From Haliotis cracherodii (Eukaryota): a stretch of 64,000 bases of DNA. The stretch lies in contig NW_027266297.1 in the NCBI RefSeq assembly GCF_022045235.1, positions 72,168,001-72,232,000 of the forward strand, given 5' to 3'. Both the position numbers and the translations under genes were made by a program. Shown here piece after piece: positions 1-12,899 of the stretch. A model generated the notes under the pieces. It did no database searches and was not told the origin of the DNA. It worked only from the letters and a program-made list of their open reading frames with translations. Numbering within the stretch: position 1 is the stretch's first letter; each line of letters opens with the position of its first letter.

Positions 1-15
1 TGTTAAAGAGGTGTA

Positions 16-402
16 TGGACAGAAGCCCTCATGGACAAAACCCCCTTGGACAAGAGACGTCTGGGACATAGCCCTCAACCCGCTAGGACAAAAGCCCCTG
101 TAAGCTTCATTAGTAAAGAAACAGAAGATGTAAGTCACACTCAGTGTTGTTCTGAGAATACCTAGGGCCTTCCTATGGCTTCACTCCCATCTGATGTAAA
201 GATGTTTTCTTAATTAATACTCTGAGGCTTCCTTCTCCAATGGCTGATTTTATAAGTCAGTTAAACCTTAGGGTGTTTTTTTTACAACAATTATTAAATG
301 TTGTTAGTAAGACATTTACTTATATAAATGCCAAAATAATAGCTGTTAGCTCATGTAGGGACTTTTGACCCAGTTGTCAAATAAGGGGTTTTGTCCTAGG
401 GG
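16..402. mobile_element. Probable degenerate MITE with subterminal GGACAAAAGCCCC-like repeats
   Basis: Several ggacaaaa(g/c)ccc motifs at 16-98, with inverted versions (gggacttttgacc, ggggttttgtcc) at 358-397. Confidence 0.4.
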
Positions 403-537
403 GACAACTAGTTTAATTTCTTTCAACAGCTCGCAAATCAAGTCATAACATCAACGCCAGACAATAATCAGTCCTGATAATATGCTGAAACAGATTCTAT
501 AATTCTAGAAATATCAGCAGAATAAATCAAATTATAT

Positions 538-808
538 GAGTGAGTGAGTCTGGTTTGTCATGATTTTGAATATCATTCTAGTTTTATCATGGCGTGTCAG
601 CTTAATGTGGGAGGAAAGCCCCAAGTGATGCAGGTTTCAGATAGTCACCGCTTCGGTGAAACCGACGAGCATGGGCATTATGCCAAAAAACCTCGAAATA
701 TAATTGGGGCAAGGCGGGATTCGAACCCACAATCAAAGATTTCCAGCGTGCCCAAGGAATGCAACTCTGCGCAATGAATAGCTGTGCCTCAGATGACTGG
801 TGCCCCCA
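538..808 (-). mobile_element. tRNA-headed SINE family A, diverged copy
   Basis: Similar to 12115-12400. B-box ggattcgaacc at about 717-727; (GAGT)n tail. Confidence 0.8.
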
Positions 809-954
809 AATCAAATCAAATGATGGGTAACACTTATCTCATCTACAGAATCATCTTTGATTAAAAAGAGCAAGAAAATGACCAGTAACAGATTATTCCT
901 CTTTCTCCACAGCATTTTACAGATCTTCCTGATCTTAACTTTTTATCAAGCTGG

Positions 955-1288
955 TGGTGAGGTGAAATGGGGTTAAACATTGCTTCCAAGATTATTGCAC
1001 TTATATGGCGACGTGCATGTACGTGTGTGTCTGCTTGTACTAGTCTGGACTGGTGCCAATTTTAGTGCTAGCACACTGACATGCATTGCTGCAGTTTAAC
1101 ATGAATACCTCACTCATACACAGTATACAGACTCCGAGCCGACCAGTCCTTGTTTTAGCCCTTTAATGCAGGCAGGGTAACAACAAGTACCATCTTTAAA
1201 AGTCTTTTGGTATGATGCAATCGGGGATCGAACCCAAGACCTTCCACTCTCCGGGTTGACGCACTACCTCTTGACCACAGAGGCGGTC
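955..1288 (-). mobile_element. tRNA-headed SINE family C (MetaSINE-like central domain)
   Basis: Minus strand has A/B boxes, then cataccaaaagactttt..gatggtacttg; tail aaccccatttcacctc. Homologous to 42062-42412 and 38021-38450. Confidence 0.8.
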
Positions 1289-1319
1289 CTCATGAAGCTG
1301 AGATGAATTTTGAGAATAC

Positions 1320-1406
1320 CTGATCATTCAGCAGGAATGTTTTGACATCGCCATATCCAGATTTGTGTCTGTGTTTAATGACCAGCTCACACCATCGGTG
1401 ACGCAC
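1320..1406 (-). CDS. AOPEP: Aminopeptidase O-like internal exon (VRHRWCELVIKHRHKSGYGDVKTFLLNDQ)
   Basis: tccctctgcag|GTGCGT...GATCAG|gtattc. 87 nt, phase 0/0. VRHRWCEL.(I/V)KH...V..FL..DQ is characteristic of AOPEP (recalled from memory, not searched). Confidence 0.93.
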
Positions 1407-2287
1407 CTGCAGAGGGACATGACACGCTAATATTGCACAGTATCATTGGATTTGGCTTCACAAATTGTAATCACTTGGAGACAAGAACCCAGGCCTTTGG
1501 TGAGGCAACATCTCCATCTGACCCTTCCACCCACCTCAACAGTTGTATACCGGTACTCACATTAATCATTTTCAGTTTGCAGTGGTTATAAGGGATGAAT
1601 GGATCAGAATACTCTTGAGAGAGCTGTCATGTCACAAATTTTGTGTTGCCGGAAAATGCGTAACAACTGATACAAAAGGAGTAACCAACAAAGGTTCAAC
1701 TTCGTTTTTTATTTGCAGAATCTAGCAACCAAAGAGAAATCAAAATCATTGTATATTACATTTCCCTTGCGAGCAACAGAATGAATAACTCAACAATGCG
1801 AAAACATCCATTCTCTGCAATAATATAACTACTCCCCGATGAATCAGCTTGATGCTTCATCATGAGTGTTTTAGCATTCAAGGATGGTTGTTTTATGTTA
1901 AACTCCATCAACATAACCACTGCAATGAGAAAATAAAAAACAATCTCCTTCAAGGGAAATAGCTCTCTAGTGCAAGACATCATATCATATTCTCCATATC
2001 AACAATATCTCCGACTCTCAAGATACCAGCATGTGGATCGTTCTTCCAGTGATCATTGTGTCACCAGATCAGGGTAACCTAATACACTGGGCAGAAATAA
2101 AGGGTCGATATTAAATGGGAGTGTTTAAAAATTGTTGACATGACAACTTTATCCTTTTGAAGATGACCGAGCTGATCAGCAACATAGTGCAAAACATCAT
2201 TTCACTGTATCTAGTTTACGTGATATCAGGAATCTGCATCGAAAACAGCACAGCCATCTTGTTTTCTTTTCCCCTATTGTTGTTTTC

Positions 2288-3319
2288 TATCAGTGGACCA
2301 ATGGTAGTCCTAGAGAGGCCGTTTTCTCCCCTAGTAATATCCAAGTTCAAACCTAACTGCCTGTACAGGCAACACTAGTACTGTTCAGTTATCAGTGTAC
2401 CAATGGTAGTCCTAGAGTGGCCGTTTTCCCACCTAGTAATATCCAAGTTCAATCCTAACTGCCTGTACAGGCAACACTAGTACTATTCAGTTATCAGTGT
2501 ACCAATGGTAGTCCTAGAGTGGCCGTTTTCCCACCTAGTAATATCCAAGTTCAATCCTAACTGCCTGTACAGGCAACACTAGTACTGTTCAGTTATCAGT
2601 GTACCAATGGTAGTCCTAGAGTGGCCGTTTTCCCACCTAGTAATATCCAAGTTCAATCCTAACTGCCTATACAGGCAACACTAGTACTGTTCAGTTATCA
2701 GTGTACCAATGGTAGTCCTAGAGTGGCCGTTTTCTCACCTAGTAATATCCAAGTTCAATCCTAACTGCCTGTACAGGCAACACTAGTACTATTCAGTTAT
2801 CAGTGTACCAATGGTAGTCCTAGAGTGGCCGTTTTCCCACCTAGTAATATCCAAGTTCAATCCTAACTGCCTGTACAGGCAACACTAGTACTGTTCAGTT
2901 ATCAGTGTACCAATGGTAGTCCTAGAGTGGCCGTTTTCTCACCTAGTAATATCCAAGTTCAATCCTAACTGCCTGTACAGGCAACACTAGTACTGTTCAG
3001 TTATCAGTGTACCAATGGTAGTCCTAGAGTGGCCGTTTTCCCACCTAGTAATATCCAAGTTCAATCCTAACTGCCTGTACAGGCAACACTAGTTACTGTT
3101 CAGTTATCAGTGTACCAATGGTAGTCCTAGAGTGGCCGTTTTCTCACCTAGTAATATCCAAGTTCAATCCTAACTGCCTGTACAGGCAACACTAGTACTA
3201 TTCAGTTATCAGTGTACCAATGGTAGTCCTAGAGTGGCCGTTTTCCCACCTAGTAATATCCAAGTTCAATCCTAACTGCCTGTACAGGCAACACTACTAC
3301 TGTTCAGTTATCAGTGTAC
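2288..3319. repeat. Tandem array, 102-bp unit, about 10 copies
   Basis: atcagtgtaccaatgg recurs at 2391, 2493, 2595 and so on. Confidence 0.97.
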
Positions 3320-3593
3320 TGTAAAACATACAGTGCCTATCATGGGCGTGTGTTTTAGGATGGTAAACATGCTGGAGCACTGTGGACAATGTTTCTGTCC
3401 ACTCTCACAACAACCAAGGGGTACATGTTCTACCAGATAGGCCCTGTGTGGGCTATAATTCATATTTAGTTTGTCAAAAACCATTTATCAAAACATTTAC
3501 ACAAAAAATGAAAGGTTTCGCTCATCAGTTTTGAAACAACTCTTAAGACAAATGGTACCAGACAGACACTTGTCTAGTTTTTGGTTTGGTTTA

Positions 3594-3770
3594 TTCCAGC
3601 TATATTACAGCGGTCTGTAAATAATCGAGTCTGGACCAGACAATCCAGTGATCAATATCATGAGCATGCAATTGGGATCGATGGCGTGAATCAACTAAGT
3701 CAGCGAGCCTGACCACCCAATCCCCTTAGTTGCCTCTTACGACAAGCATAGTCGGCTTTTACGGCAAGTC
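3594..3770 (-). mobile_element. SINE-like family D, 5'-truncated
   Basis: Homologous to 19003-19250 (ctggaccagacaatccagtgat; gcctcttacgacaagcat). Confidence 0.85.
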
Positions 3771-3824
3771 TAGTAATCTCTATAGAATTTAGTGTGGACA
3801 AACATGTTAGTCATCTGTACCTAC

Positions 3825-3941
3825 ATCTGGATTAGCTGATGGCAGCTGGTATGTCTTATGCACAAGGTCAAGGACACTTCCTTGTATGAGGCGCAGCTGC
3901 AGCAGGTCCTCTAGGAACAGCACCAGCTGGTCAGGGTCAAG
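3825..3941 (-). CDS. AOPEP: Aminopeptidase O-like internal exon (LDPDQLVLFLEDLLQLRLIQGSVLDLVHKTYQLPSANPD)
   Basis: tttttgtttcag|CTTGAC...CCAGAT|gtaggt. 117 nt, phase 0/0. PDQLVLxLExLL...TYxL matches the AOPEP/LTA4H-type C-terminal helical domain. Confidence 0.92.
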
Positions 3942-4094
3942 CTGAAACAAAAACTCTCACATTGAAAAATCAAAGGTTGATTCCATAGGGAATATCTTGA
4001 TAATCGTTTTTTTCTTGTGTTCTTTGTTCTTGTCTACATATAAACCTTCATTCCAACTGTAGTTAATACCTCACATAATTCATTCACAACCCTT

Positions 4095-4420
4095 CATTTC
4101 AAAGGAACATATTACCCTTACCCTCTGAACATTCAATAGAATATGTCACCCTTGCTCTTTGAACATTCAAAAAAACATGTCACCATAGCTCTATGAACAT
4201 TCAACAGAACATGTCACCATAGTTCTATGAACATTCAACAGAACATGTCACCATAGCTCTATGAACATTCAACACAACATGTCATCATAGTTCTATGAAC
4301 ATTCAACAGAACATGTCACCATAGCTCCATGAACATTCAACACAACATATTACCCTTACCCTAGGACAATTCAAATGAGAATAAAAGCCTTTCTCCTTGA
4401 ACATTCAACAGAATACATCA
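4095..4420. repeat. Tandem array, 34-bp unit
   Basis: catgtcaccatag(c/t)tctatgaacattcaacagaa repeated. Confidence 0.9.
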
Positions 4421-4488
4421 CACAAACATATATCTTAACTCAGCATGAGCCATTATTTTGTCCTCCTTCATTAATGGATTCTTTTCGT

Positions 4489-4798
4489 GACATTCATGGG
4501 TATCTGGCATCAAATGACCTTTTACACATCATACTGACATTCATATATTGACATTCATGGGTATCTGGCATCAAATGACCTTTTGCACATCATACTGACA
4601 TTCATATATTGACATTCATGGGTATCTGGCATCAAATGACCTTTTACAGATCATACTGACATTCATATATTGACATTCATGGCTATCTGGCATCAAATGA
4701 CCTCCTGCACATCAAACTGACATTCATATATTGCCATTCGTGGGTTTCTGGCATCAAATGACCTGCTACACATCAAACTGACATTCGTATATTGACAT
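4489..4798. repeat. Tandem array, 61-bp unit, 5 copies
   Basis: gacattcatgggtatctggcatcaaatgacc... repeated. Confidence 0.93.
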
Positions 4799-4954
4799 TG
4801 GTAATGGCCACTATTTCATTTAAAAGAGATATAGAAATGATTTAGAGCTCTTTACCTTCTATTGATGATATTTAATTGTGTTGTTTCCAGAAATACCTTT
4901 TCTGAAGATGAAGTATCAAAGATGTTAACTACATATAAACCATTCTTTGAAATA

Positions 4955-5438
4955 CCATATATGACCGTGTATAAGCCGAATTTTGAGGACCAGAAAAAAG
5001 ATTCTGCAGAAAGGGGTTGGCTTATCCACGGGATACACTTTCATGATAGTATTTTTCAGATCGTGATCTGTCTGAAACATCGCCTAAATGACGGTCCGAT
5101 AGATTACAAAATGGCGCTTGGTTGTTGATGGCAACATATAACGATCATTATGAGATTAAAAAAAACCACGAGAAACAGCTTCCCACATTATGAAAGTGGA
5201 TGACTGGTTTGTTAAATCTTTATTAGAAATAATAATGACTTTTTCAATATAATTACAACGTTTTTCATCATATATGCGAGTACCGGCACATGTCTTGCAG
5301 TCCGACTTCGCAGTGTTTTTTGTCTTTCAATTCCTGATTCAGCTTATCTGCGGGTCATATCATTGTCTTTCGTATTTCAATGGTCAAATTAACACCTCGG
5401 CTTATCTACTGGGTCGGCTTTTCCGCGGTCATATATGG
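4955..5438. mobile_element. Tc1/mariner-type MITE
   Basis: TIRs CCATATATGACCG...CGGTCATATATGG, flanked by TA on both sides. Confidence 0.8.
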
Positions 5439-7089
5439 TATAAAATATCAACACCAGAGAAAAGTCTTGATTATCTGCCCAAACAGAGATTCCATTGCGG
5501 GTAAAAGGCAAAAGCGATGACACCTGGTGCTTATGCATATTCCGTGTACAAAGCTGACTGAACCAATAACTTTAATTTTTGTGAAACTATGAGCAAATGC
5601 GCAGATTTCTGTCCTTGGAATAAGATTCAGTTGATTTTGGTTATAATGCCATGATAGGAAATCAAAACAGTGGAAATACTTTCCTGTGGACTTACTGTAC
5701 CAGTTATCTCCATCATCTATACAGCAGGTGACATGTGATCACGTGTACCGCTTTAGTTATACAAATAAAAAAAGTAGTATCTCGGGTATCTCACTCATTC
5801 ATCAAAATGAATAAGAAATGCTATTATCAATATGTCGTCAGCAAAGACATAAACCAATATTCACCAAATTCGATTTACACATGCTTATCCCTAACACTAT
5901 GTACTATGGATTTTGCGATATATACAGGTTATGCATTTTTGGATACATAGCTCAAATAGGTTTCACAATTGTATTTTGGGCAAGAAGTGACAGACAGATA
6001 GAAAGCAATGACAGAACTCATCATCGTGGTGTTTGATTTATATTTTCGTGTGAATCAGTCACGTGACACTGCCCGCCTGCATTTTCTTAAGTTGTATTAG
6101 AGCAAAGTAATTATGGGGTTATTTTTTTTTAAATATTCCCAGAAAAGAGTCTGTTTTGTTCATCATTTTTGGATAAATATTTCCCACTTCTAATGAAATC
6201 GATCAAAGGTAAAATGAGATGTGATCACGTGCAAGCTATAACGGAGAGTTGCCAATAATTGATCCTCGGCAATACGTGGTCACTAGCCAGTAACCATCAG
6301 ACTTAAAGTCACAAAGGTGTGTAATACAATCAGAAGTCTGGCCTAAAATCAAATTATTGGTCTCTATTGATATTTCCTAGCTGCAGATAATATACGGGAA
6401 GAAATATCTCCATATACCACAAACTTTAAGAATCTTGATTTGTTATATCTGGCTAGTCACTATGTTAACCTCTTGGGTAAACAATGTACTCAGACTGACG
6501 ACATTTCACTCCAAATCTGAGCTAATCAATGCCAGAACATAATCTTGTTGAATGTAGCAATAGTTTGCTGCCAAAATCTTTTCATAAGGTGGCAAAATAT
6601 AAAAAATGCTAAACAAAAACTATTGTCAGTAACCAAAATTACTTTACAATTACAATTTCATCTAAAATCAAATTCATTTTCATCCTAAAGGTCCAAAGAT
6701 GAAGGTATGACCTTGCACAGATGAACAGTATTAATGTTTGAAAATAGCAAATTTGACAAATACATCAGAGAAGCAGGCTTAAAATTGACCAAAACAGGTC
6801 ACATTTTTTGTATTATTTTGCATTCATGCCACTTGTTTCTACAAGTTTTGAACTTATCATTGTTACAATTCAGTGGACAATATTGTCATTATACAATCTG
6901 ATGTAGGTGTCCTCCTTCATAAGGTCTTCACCCACTGGAAGAGTTGTGTAGTGCCCCTCGATGGCCATCTTGACCAGGCAAAGGAGTTCACTGACTGTCA
7001 AAGTCCTTCCACCCTTGCCAAATGATGGAATTATATTTTGGCAGGACTAACAAGTCTATGCTCAACTTCAAGCTCTAGATTGTGACATA

Positions 7090-7838
7090 ACATTTGGAGA
7101 TGCAAAGGTAACACCAAGCCAGAAAGTGAAGAACCTTGGAAAATGGTTTGACAGACATCTCCAGATGACAGACCAAACATAATCAGGACAGCTAACCGTT
7201 ATCTCAGCAACATTGGTAAATTACGAAACTATCTTAGTCAATCTGCTGCATCAACTCTGGCCCTGTCCCTTGTTATGTCCCAGATTGACAAAAGCAATAG
7301 CCTTCTCTCTAAAATCAGTCAACAACAAATAAACCGACTTCAACTATTACAGAATGCCACTGCAAGAATCGTCACAAGAACCCGCAAATTTGAACACATA
7401 ACCCCGATTCTAGAGAGCCTACACTGGTTGCCGATACCTGCACAACTTGACTACAAACTTCTTCTCTTTGCCAACAAATGTGTCAACCATCTAGCCCCAG
7501 CTAGCCTACTTGACAGAACTGATTCCACCTTACAAAAATGTGCGCTTTCTGCAGTCCCAAAACCAGCTCCTTCTATCAGTGCCACCCGTGAAGACATCAC
7601 TATTTGGCATGTGATCCTTTGCTTACACAGCAAGCTTCAAGTGGAATGAACTCCCTCTCTCCATAAAGACTTCCTCATCACTCTCCTGCTTCAAGAAAAC
7701 CATCAAGACCCACTTGTTCTCACTGACTCTAAGTTTCATTTGCAGAACACAGAGCACTAATGCACAGGGAATGTTGTGCTATGTAAATGCATTTATCATT
7801 ATTATTATTATTAATATTATTGTTGTTGTTGTTATTAT
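7090..7838 (+). pseudogene. L2/CR1-group LINE 3' remnant (ORF2 C-terminus, disrupted) with (TTA)n tail
   Basis: KVKNLGKWFD...LQLLQNATARIVTRTRKFEHITPILESLHWLP is the typical L2 ORF2 C-terminus. Stops and frameshifts present; microsatellite tail at 7793-7838. Confidence 0.88.
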
Positions 7839-7844
7839 GCATAT

Positions 7845-8242
7845 TCCAATCAAAATCAAATAATGAAATCAACATCCAGTTTGTAAACTGCTGTGCAGAT
7901 TTCTGTCAGTTGCAGGATTTGCAAAACATGTGTACAAGCAACTCGAAGTCAACAGATATTTTCCCAATCTTTTCATGTTTTTAACCAAGGTGCTCATTAT
8001 TTCATACACTTTGCGAAGTAAGACCCGTTTTATTACAATGTAGATTTTGATTATCAATCAGATCGTCTTGACTGGGTGTCACCATTATGTTTGAAGCAAA
8101 TGCAAGTAATTTTAGAGATGGAACCTGATTGGTCAATAGGTAGGACATAGAAGGGACATAACTTGTAACAGTATCTGGTGGCACTACGATCGATACCAGA
8201 ACTTCAAGCCTCGGTCGGCAAGGGTGGAAACTGGACTTTTAC
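7845..8242. mobile_element. Partial copy of MITE family E
   Basis: Internal sequence homologous to 40530-40912 and 59800-60180. Confidence 0.75.
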
Positions 8243-9796
8243 AGGAAGAAGCTCGATGGCACACAATCTGCTATTTGGAGTCATACTCTAACTGATGTCA
8301 TTATTCTAACAACGCGTGTCGGTCCAACGTTGATTAATTTATAATTTGCATACTCGTATACGCAAGGGGCCGACGTATGGTTCCTGTAGGAAGTGACAAC
8401 TTGGAGACGATGGCTTGCAGTATATACAGTTTTACTTTATACATGTAGATATATATACATACAAAAGACACTATGTGTCAGCACATGGTGGTAGTGGTTG
8501 TTGTCTAGGTGCCCCAGTGCACCCAGCCTAACCCTAGCTAGGCTAAGGGTAAGACCTTTCTTTCTCTCCCTCCTTTCAATCTCTCTGGACCAAGGCTTAT
8601 ATAGCCAAGGTCACCTGACATTTAGTAAGTTATAAATATAAACATAAACAGTAATTCATCAGTGGCATACTTGCACATCTCGTTCAGGATGGCAGACAGC
8701 CGATGTACACAAAAATGGGGATTAACAAATAGGACTACAGCTCAATTTTACGGCACATTTTGGGTCTCCAGGAATTACCTTTGAAGATGGAATATAACTC
8801 CTTAAAAGGACAATGGTTACATCTAAATGTTGAGCAAAGTACAACGACTTAAAGACATCCATCACAATCCTGACAAAGTGTATTATGATCGCAGTAAGGA
8901 TGATTCAAGATAGGGCTGTTGTTACGGTCTGCCATATCCAAATGTTCATTAAACTGACTTTATCACAGTTGAGGAGATTAACCATCTAATAGACTAATTC
9001 TGTTTTATATCATCGTGGGTTCTAGCATCTTATTGAAAAAATAATTTGTTTCAGAAAATACTGGAAACGAAAGAATTTTGACCTCAGATATTACAAAAAG
9101 AATAAAACCATTTGCTTGACAAATTCTTTTGTAACTAAAATTGTTTTATAAATAAACATTATTTGGCTCCAGGTTACAGTGATACATTTGTTTTGAAGCA
9201 AGGACTGGAAAAATAATTTTCTCTAAAAAGAGTCCTTGTGGTCCCAAGTATATCCAGTACCTGTCCCTCCTACCTTTTCACTTATTCTGCCATGGCAACT
9301 TAATGAACATGCAGACATCAATCCTCACATGTTAACTACAAATTGAACACCCTCGGTGGACAATGTAAGAACACTTCAGCTTATTCCATGCCGGAACATT
9401 AACCCACATGAAATTCTACAAATTCTTGAAGCATGACTTTATTGGATTATTATTAGTCATAACTTGTGTATGAACAACACAATCATCATCCCCATCGGTT
9501 CTATACCTGAATGTTGAGCATCACTGTCGTGTCTATTGCTCCAGAGCCTTAATGAACCAATAAAAAAGCACACTAATATCAGGTGACGTGCGACTATAAC
9601 TACTATATGTGCTGTCAAGGGGGCTGTAAAACTCTATACAATGGTGATTAACTGGTAGCGTAATTCACTTTGTCCCCCGAGAACTGTTTACACTTACAGA
9701 ATGAAACACGACATCACAGGCTGTCATCAGGTAGAATCAACTACCAGAGCCTTTGTATGAGTTCAAAGTAATGATGGTTTATTGGCAGACAGTGCA

Positions 9797-11114
9797 ACAG
9801 TGCCCTAACATAGGCTTCCAACACTGTAGTCTGTGAGTGGACAGTGTCCTAACATAGGCTTCCAACACTGTGGTCTGTGAGTGGACAGTGTCCTAACATA
9901 GGCTTCCAACACTGTGGTCTGTGAGTGGACAGTGTCCTAACATAGGCTTCCAACACTGTAGTCTGTGAGTGGACAGTGCCCTAACATAGGCTTCCAACAC
10001 TGTGGTCTGTGAGTGGACAGTGTCCTAACATAGGCTTCCAACACTGTGGTCTGTGAGTGGACAGTGTCCTAACATAGGCTTCCAACACTGTAGTCTGTGA
10101 GTGGACAGTGCCCTAACATAGGCTTCCAACACTGTGGTCTGTGAGTGGACAGTGTCCTAACATAGGCTTCCAACACTGTAGTCTGTGAGTGGACAGTGTC
10201 CTAACATAGGCTTCCAACACTGTAGTCTGTGAGTGGACAGTGTCCTAACATAGGCTTCCAACACTGTAGTCTGTGAGTGGACAGTGTCCTAACATAGGCT
10301 TCCAACACTGTGGTCTGTGAGTGGACAGTACCCTAACATAGGCTTCCAACACTGTAGTCTGTGAGTGGACAGTGTCCTAACATAGGCTTCCAACACTGTA
10401 GTCTGTGAGTGGACAGTGTCCTAACAATACCCCAACACTGTAGTCTGTGAGTGGACAGTGTCCTAACATAGGCTTCCAACACTGTAGTCTGTGAGTGGAC
10501 AGTGTCCTAACATAGGCTTCCAACACTGTGGTCTGTGAGTGGACAGTGCCCTAACATAGGCTACATACACTGTAGTCTGTGAGTGGACAGTGTCCTAACA
10601 TAGGCTTCCAACACTGTAGTCTGTGAGTGGACAGTGTCCTAACATAGGCTTCCAACACTGTGGTCTGTGAGTGGACAGTGTCCTAACATAGGCTTCCAAC
10701 ACTGTAGTCTGTGAGTGGACAGTGTCCTAACATAGGCTTCCAACACTGTGGTCTGTGAGTGGACAGTGTCCTAACATAGGCTTCCAACACTGTAGTCTGT
10801 GAGTGGACAGTGTCCTAACATAGGCTTCCAACACTGTGGTCTGTGAGTGGACAGTGCCCTAACATAGGCTACATACACTGTAGTCTGTGAGTGGACAGTG
10901 TCCTAACATAGGCTTCCAACACTGTAGTCTGTGAGTGGACAGTGTCCTAACATAGGCTTCCAACACTGTGGTCTGTGAGTGGACAGTGCCCTAACATAGG
11001 CTACATACACTGTAGTCTGTGAGTGGACAGTGTCCTAACATAGGCTTCCAACACTGTAGTCTGTGAGTGGACAGTGTCCTAACATAGGCTACATACACAG
11101 TAGTCTGTGAGTGG
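9797..11114. repeat. Tandem array, 44-bp unit, about 30 copies
   Basis: acagtgtcctaacataggcttccaacactgt(a/g)gtctgtgagtgg repeated. Confidence 0.97.
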
Positions 11115-11646
11115 GGCAGGATTCAGGCCATCCTCAGCACCTGTGGGTCCATGGCAGAATTCATCATATTACACATAAAACATAACTGTTGTTGATTTAT
11201 TCATACTCTCAATGTAAATAATACAGTAAATTTGTTTTGCTTTTAAATAATCTCTATCCACTGTGGCATGCTTGAAACACACATTTAGAACACAACATTA
11301 AAGCGACATCACATGATGAAAATATAGTGCCAACTGAAACTATTTCCAACACCAAGCCAAATACAGATGTTTCTGTTGCTCGAGCTGCATGTGTGACAGG
11401 GAACTAAGTAACATCCATCCCCACAGGGATAACTGAGGCAAATACAAAGCCCTGCAACTCACCTAGTTATATAACACTGCATTCATTTCAACAGCTTCAA
11501 ATTTCAGCCTCAATATTTTGATCAATAGCGACAACATGGTGACAATAAGAAAACGTCAAAACAAATATTTCAATATCAACCCAATCAATACTACTACCGC
11601 AGTAAAACGAAGATGAAGAACATGGCAAGTAACTCTTATTTTACTT

Positions 11647-11925
11647 GGGGGCACGGGTGGCCCAGTCGTCTAAGTCGCTGCAATTTGCTGTGCACAGTTG
11701 CATCGCTCGGGCACCCCAGAAACCTATGATTGTGGGTTCGAATTCCGGTTCGCCCCGATTATGTTTCTAGGTTTGTCAGCACCATACCCATGCTCGTGGG
11801 TTTTTACCAAGATGAAAAATGTCTTAAGACCTGCATCTTCTCGGGATTTCCTCCCACATTAAGCTGACATGCCGTGATATAACTGAAATACTGTTCAAAG
11901 ATTGTTAAACCCAACTCACTCACTC
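11647..11925 (+). mobile_element. tRNA-headed SINE family A, full length
   Basis: A-box tggcccagtcgtctaag; B-box ggttcgaattcc; (ACTC)n tail. Confidence 0.88.
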
Positions 11926-12114
11926 TAATAGCACGTGGGAGTCAAGAGAGCCAAGTGTGGTCCTGAGTGGACTCTGCTGCTGCATGATACCTCCCCAGAC
12001 ACATTCAGTGAAAGACAAGACAAGACAAGTCCACCCCTTGCCCTTCCAACGCTGACAATCATAGAAATGGGGAATTGATGAAATGTTTGAAACTGGGAGT
12101 AGGCACATGACTAG

Positions 12115-12400
12115 GAGTGAGTGAGTGAGTGAGTTGGGTTTAACGCCGCTTTTAACAGTATTCCAGTCATATCACGGCATGTCAGCTTAATGTGGGGGGA
12201 AAGCCCGAAGTGATGCAGGTCTAAGACGTTTACCACTTCGGTGAAACCCACGAGCATGGGTATGGTGCTGACAAACCTAGAAACATAATCGGGGCGAATC
12301 GGGATTCGAACCCACAATCATAGGTTTCTGGCGTGCCCAAGGGACGCAACTCTGCACAGCGAATCGCGGCGCCTTAGACGACTAGGCCACCCGTGCCCCC
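12115..12400 (-). mobile_element. tRNA-headed SINE family A, full length with TSD
   Basis: Reverse-complement homolog of 11647-11925; TSD acatgactagga at about 12105-12116 and 12402-12413. Confidence 0.92.
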
Positions 12401-12479
12401 TACATGACTAGGAATGCAGGACAATGAAAGATCATCTCTACAAACAAGAACACTGATTCAGTGTACCAAAGACCACAAG

Positions 12480-12770
12480 TTTGTCTGTCTGTCTGTGTCC
12501 GTCTGTGTATGCATATGTATGTATGTCTGTCTGTCTCTCTGTGCATATGTATGTCTGTCTGTGCTTATCTGTCTGTCTGTGTATGCATATGTATGTCTGT
12601 GCATATGTATGTCTGTATCTGTCTGTGCATATGTTTGTATGTCTGTGCATATGTCTCCCCGTCTGTGAATATGAATGTCTGTAGTCTGTCTGTGCATGTC
12701 TGTCTGTACTTATGTAAGTGTGCACATGTATGTCTGTGCATGTCTGTTTGTCTATCTGTCTGTCTGTTAT
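12480..12770. repeat. Low-complexity (TGTC/TGTA/TGCA) microsatellite mosaic
   Basis: Direct inspection. Confidence 0.85.
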
Positions 12771-12803
12771 CTTTACCAAACCCTTTCCATAATGCACACC
12801 AAC

Positions 12804-12899
12804 CTCCTGCAGTGTAAGTTCCATGTTGGCCACTTTCTGCTTCTTGTTGTTCCTGTGGCGGCGACCTATCTTGAGACAGTGAGACTGCACCAGAGCCAC
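12804..12899 (-). CDS. AOPEP: Aminopeptidase O-like internal exon (VALVQSHCLKIGRRHRNNKKQKVANMELTLQE)
   Basis: gtgtttcag|GTGGCT...CAGGAG|gttggt. 96 nt, phase 0/0. Basic cluster sits where mammalian AP-O has its basic stretch. Confidence 0.8.

Noticed and set aside
1756-1983. Short non-repetitive ORFs from the track (this and others of 60-100 aa)
   Set aside because: No recognisable domains; many start at non-ATG codons or lie inside SINEs or MITEs.
3513-3530. Minus-strand CUGAUGA-GC-GAAAC, an exact hammerhead core
   Set aside because: Only 2 nt separate the core halves, so stem II cannot form, and I see no convincing stems I/III. At most a collapsed remnant.
3815-3824. Alternative donor GTAG|gtacag 4 nt past the chosen donor
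   Set aside because: It would shift the frame relative to the VRHRW exon; GAT|gtaggt keeps phase 0.
8680-9620. Possible very old LINE coding remnant on the minus strand
   Set aside because: No motif could be read convincingly; needs tBLASTx or HMM search.
9797-11114. CRISPR-like regular repeats (this and the other arrays)
   Set aside because: No unique spacers, no cas genes, eukaryotic context.
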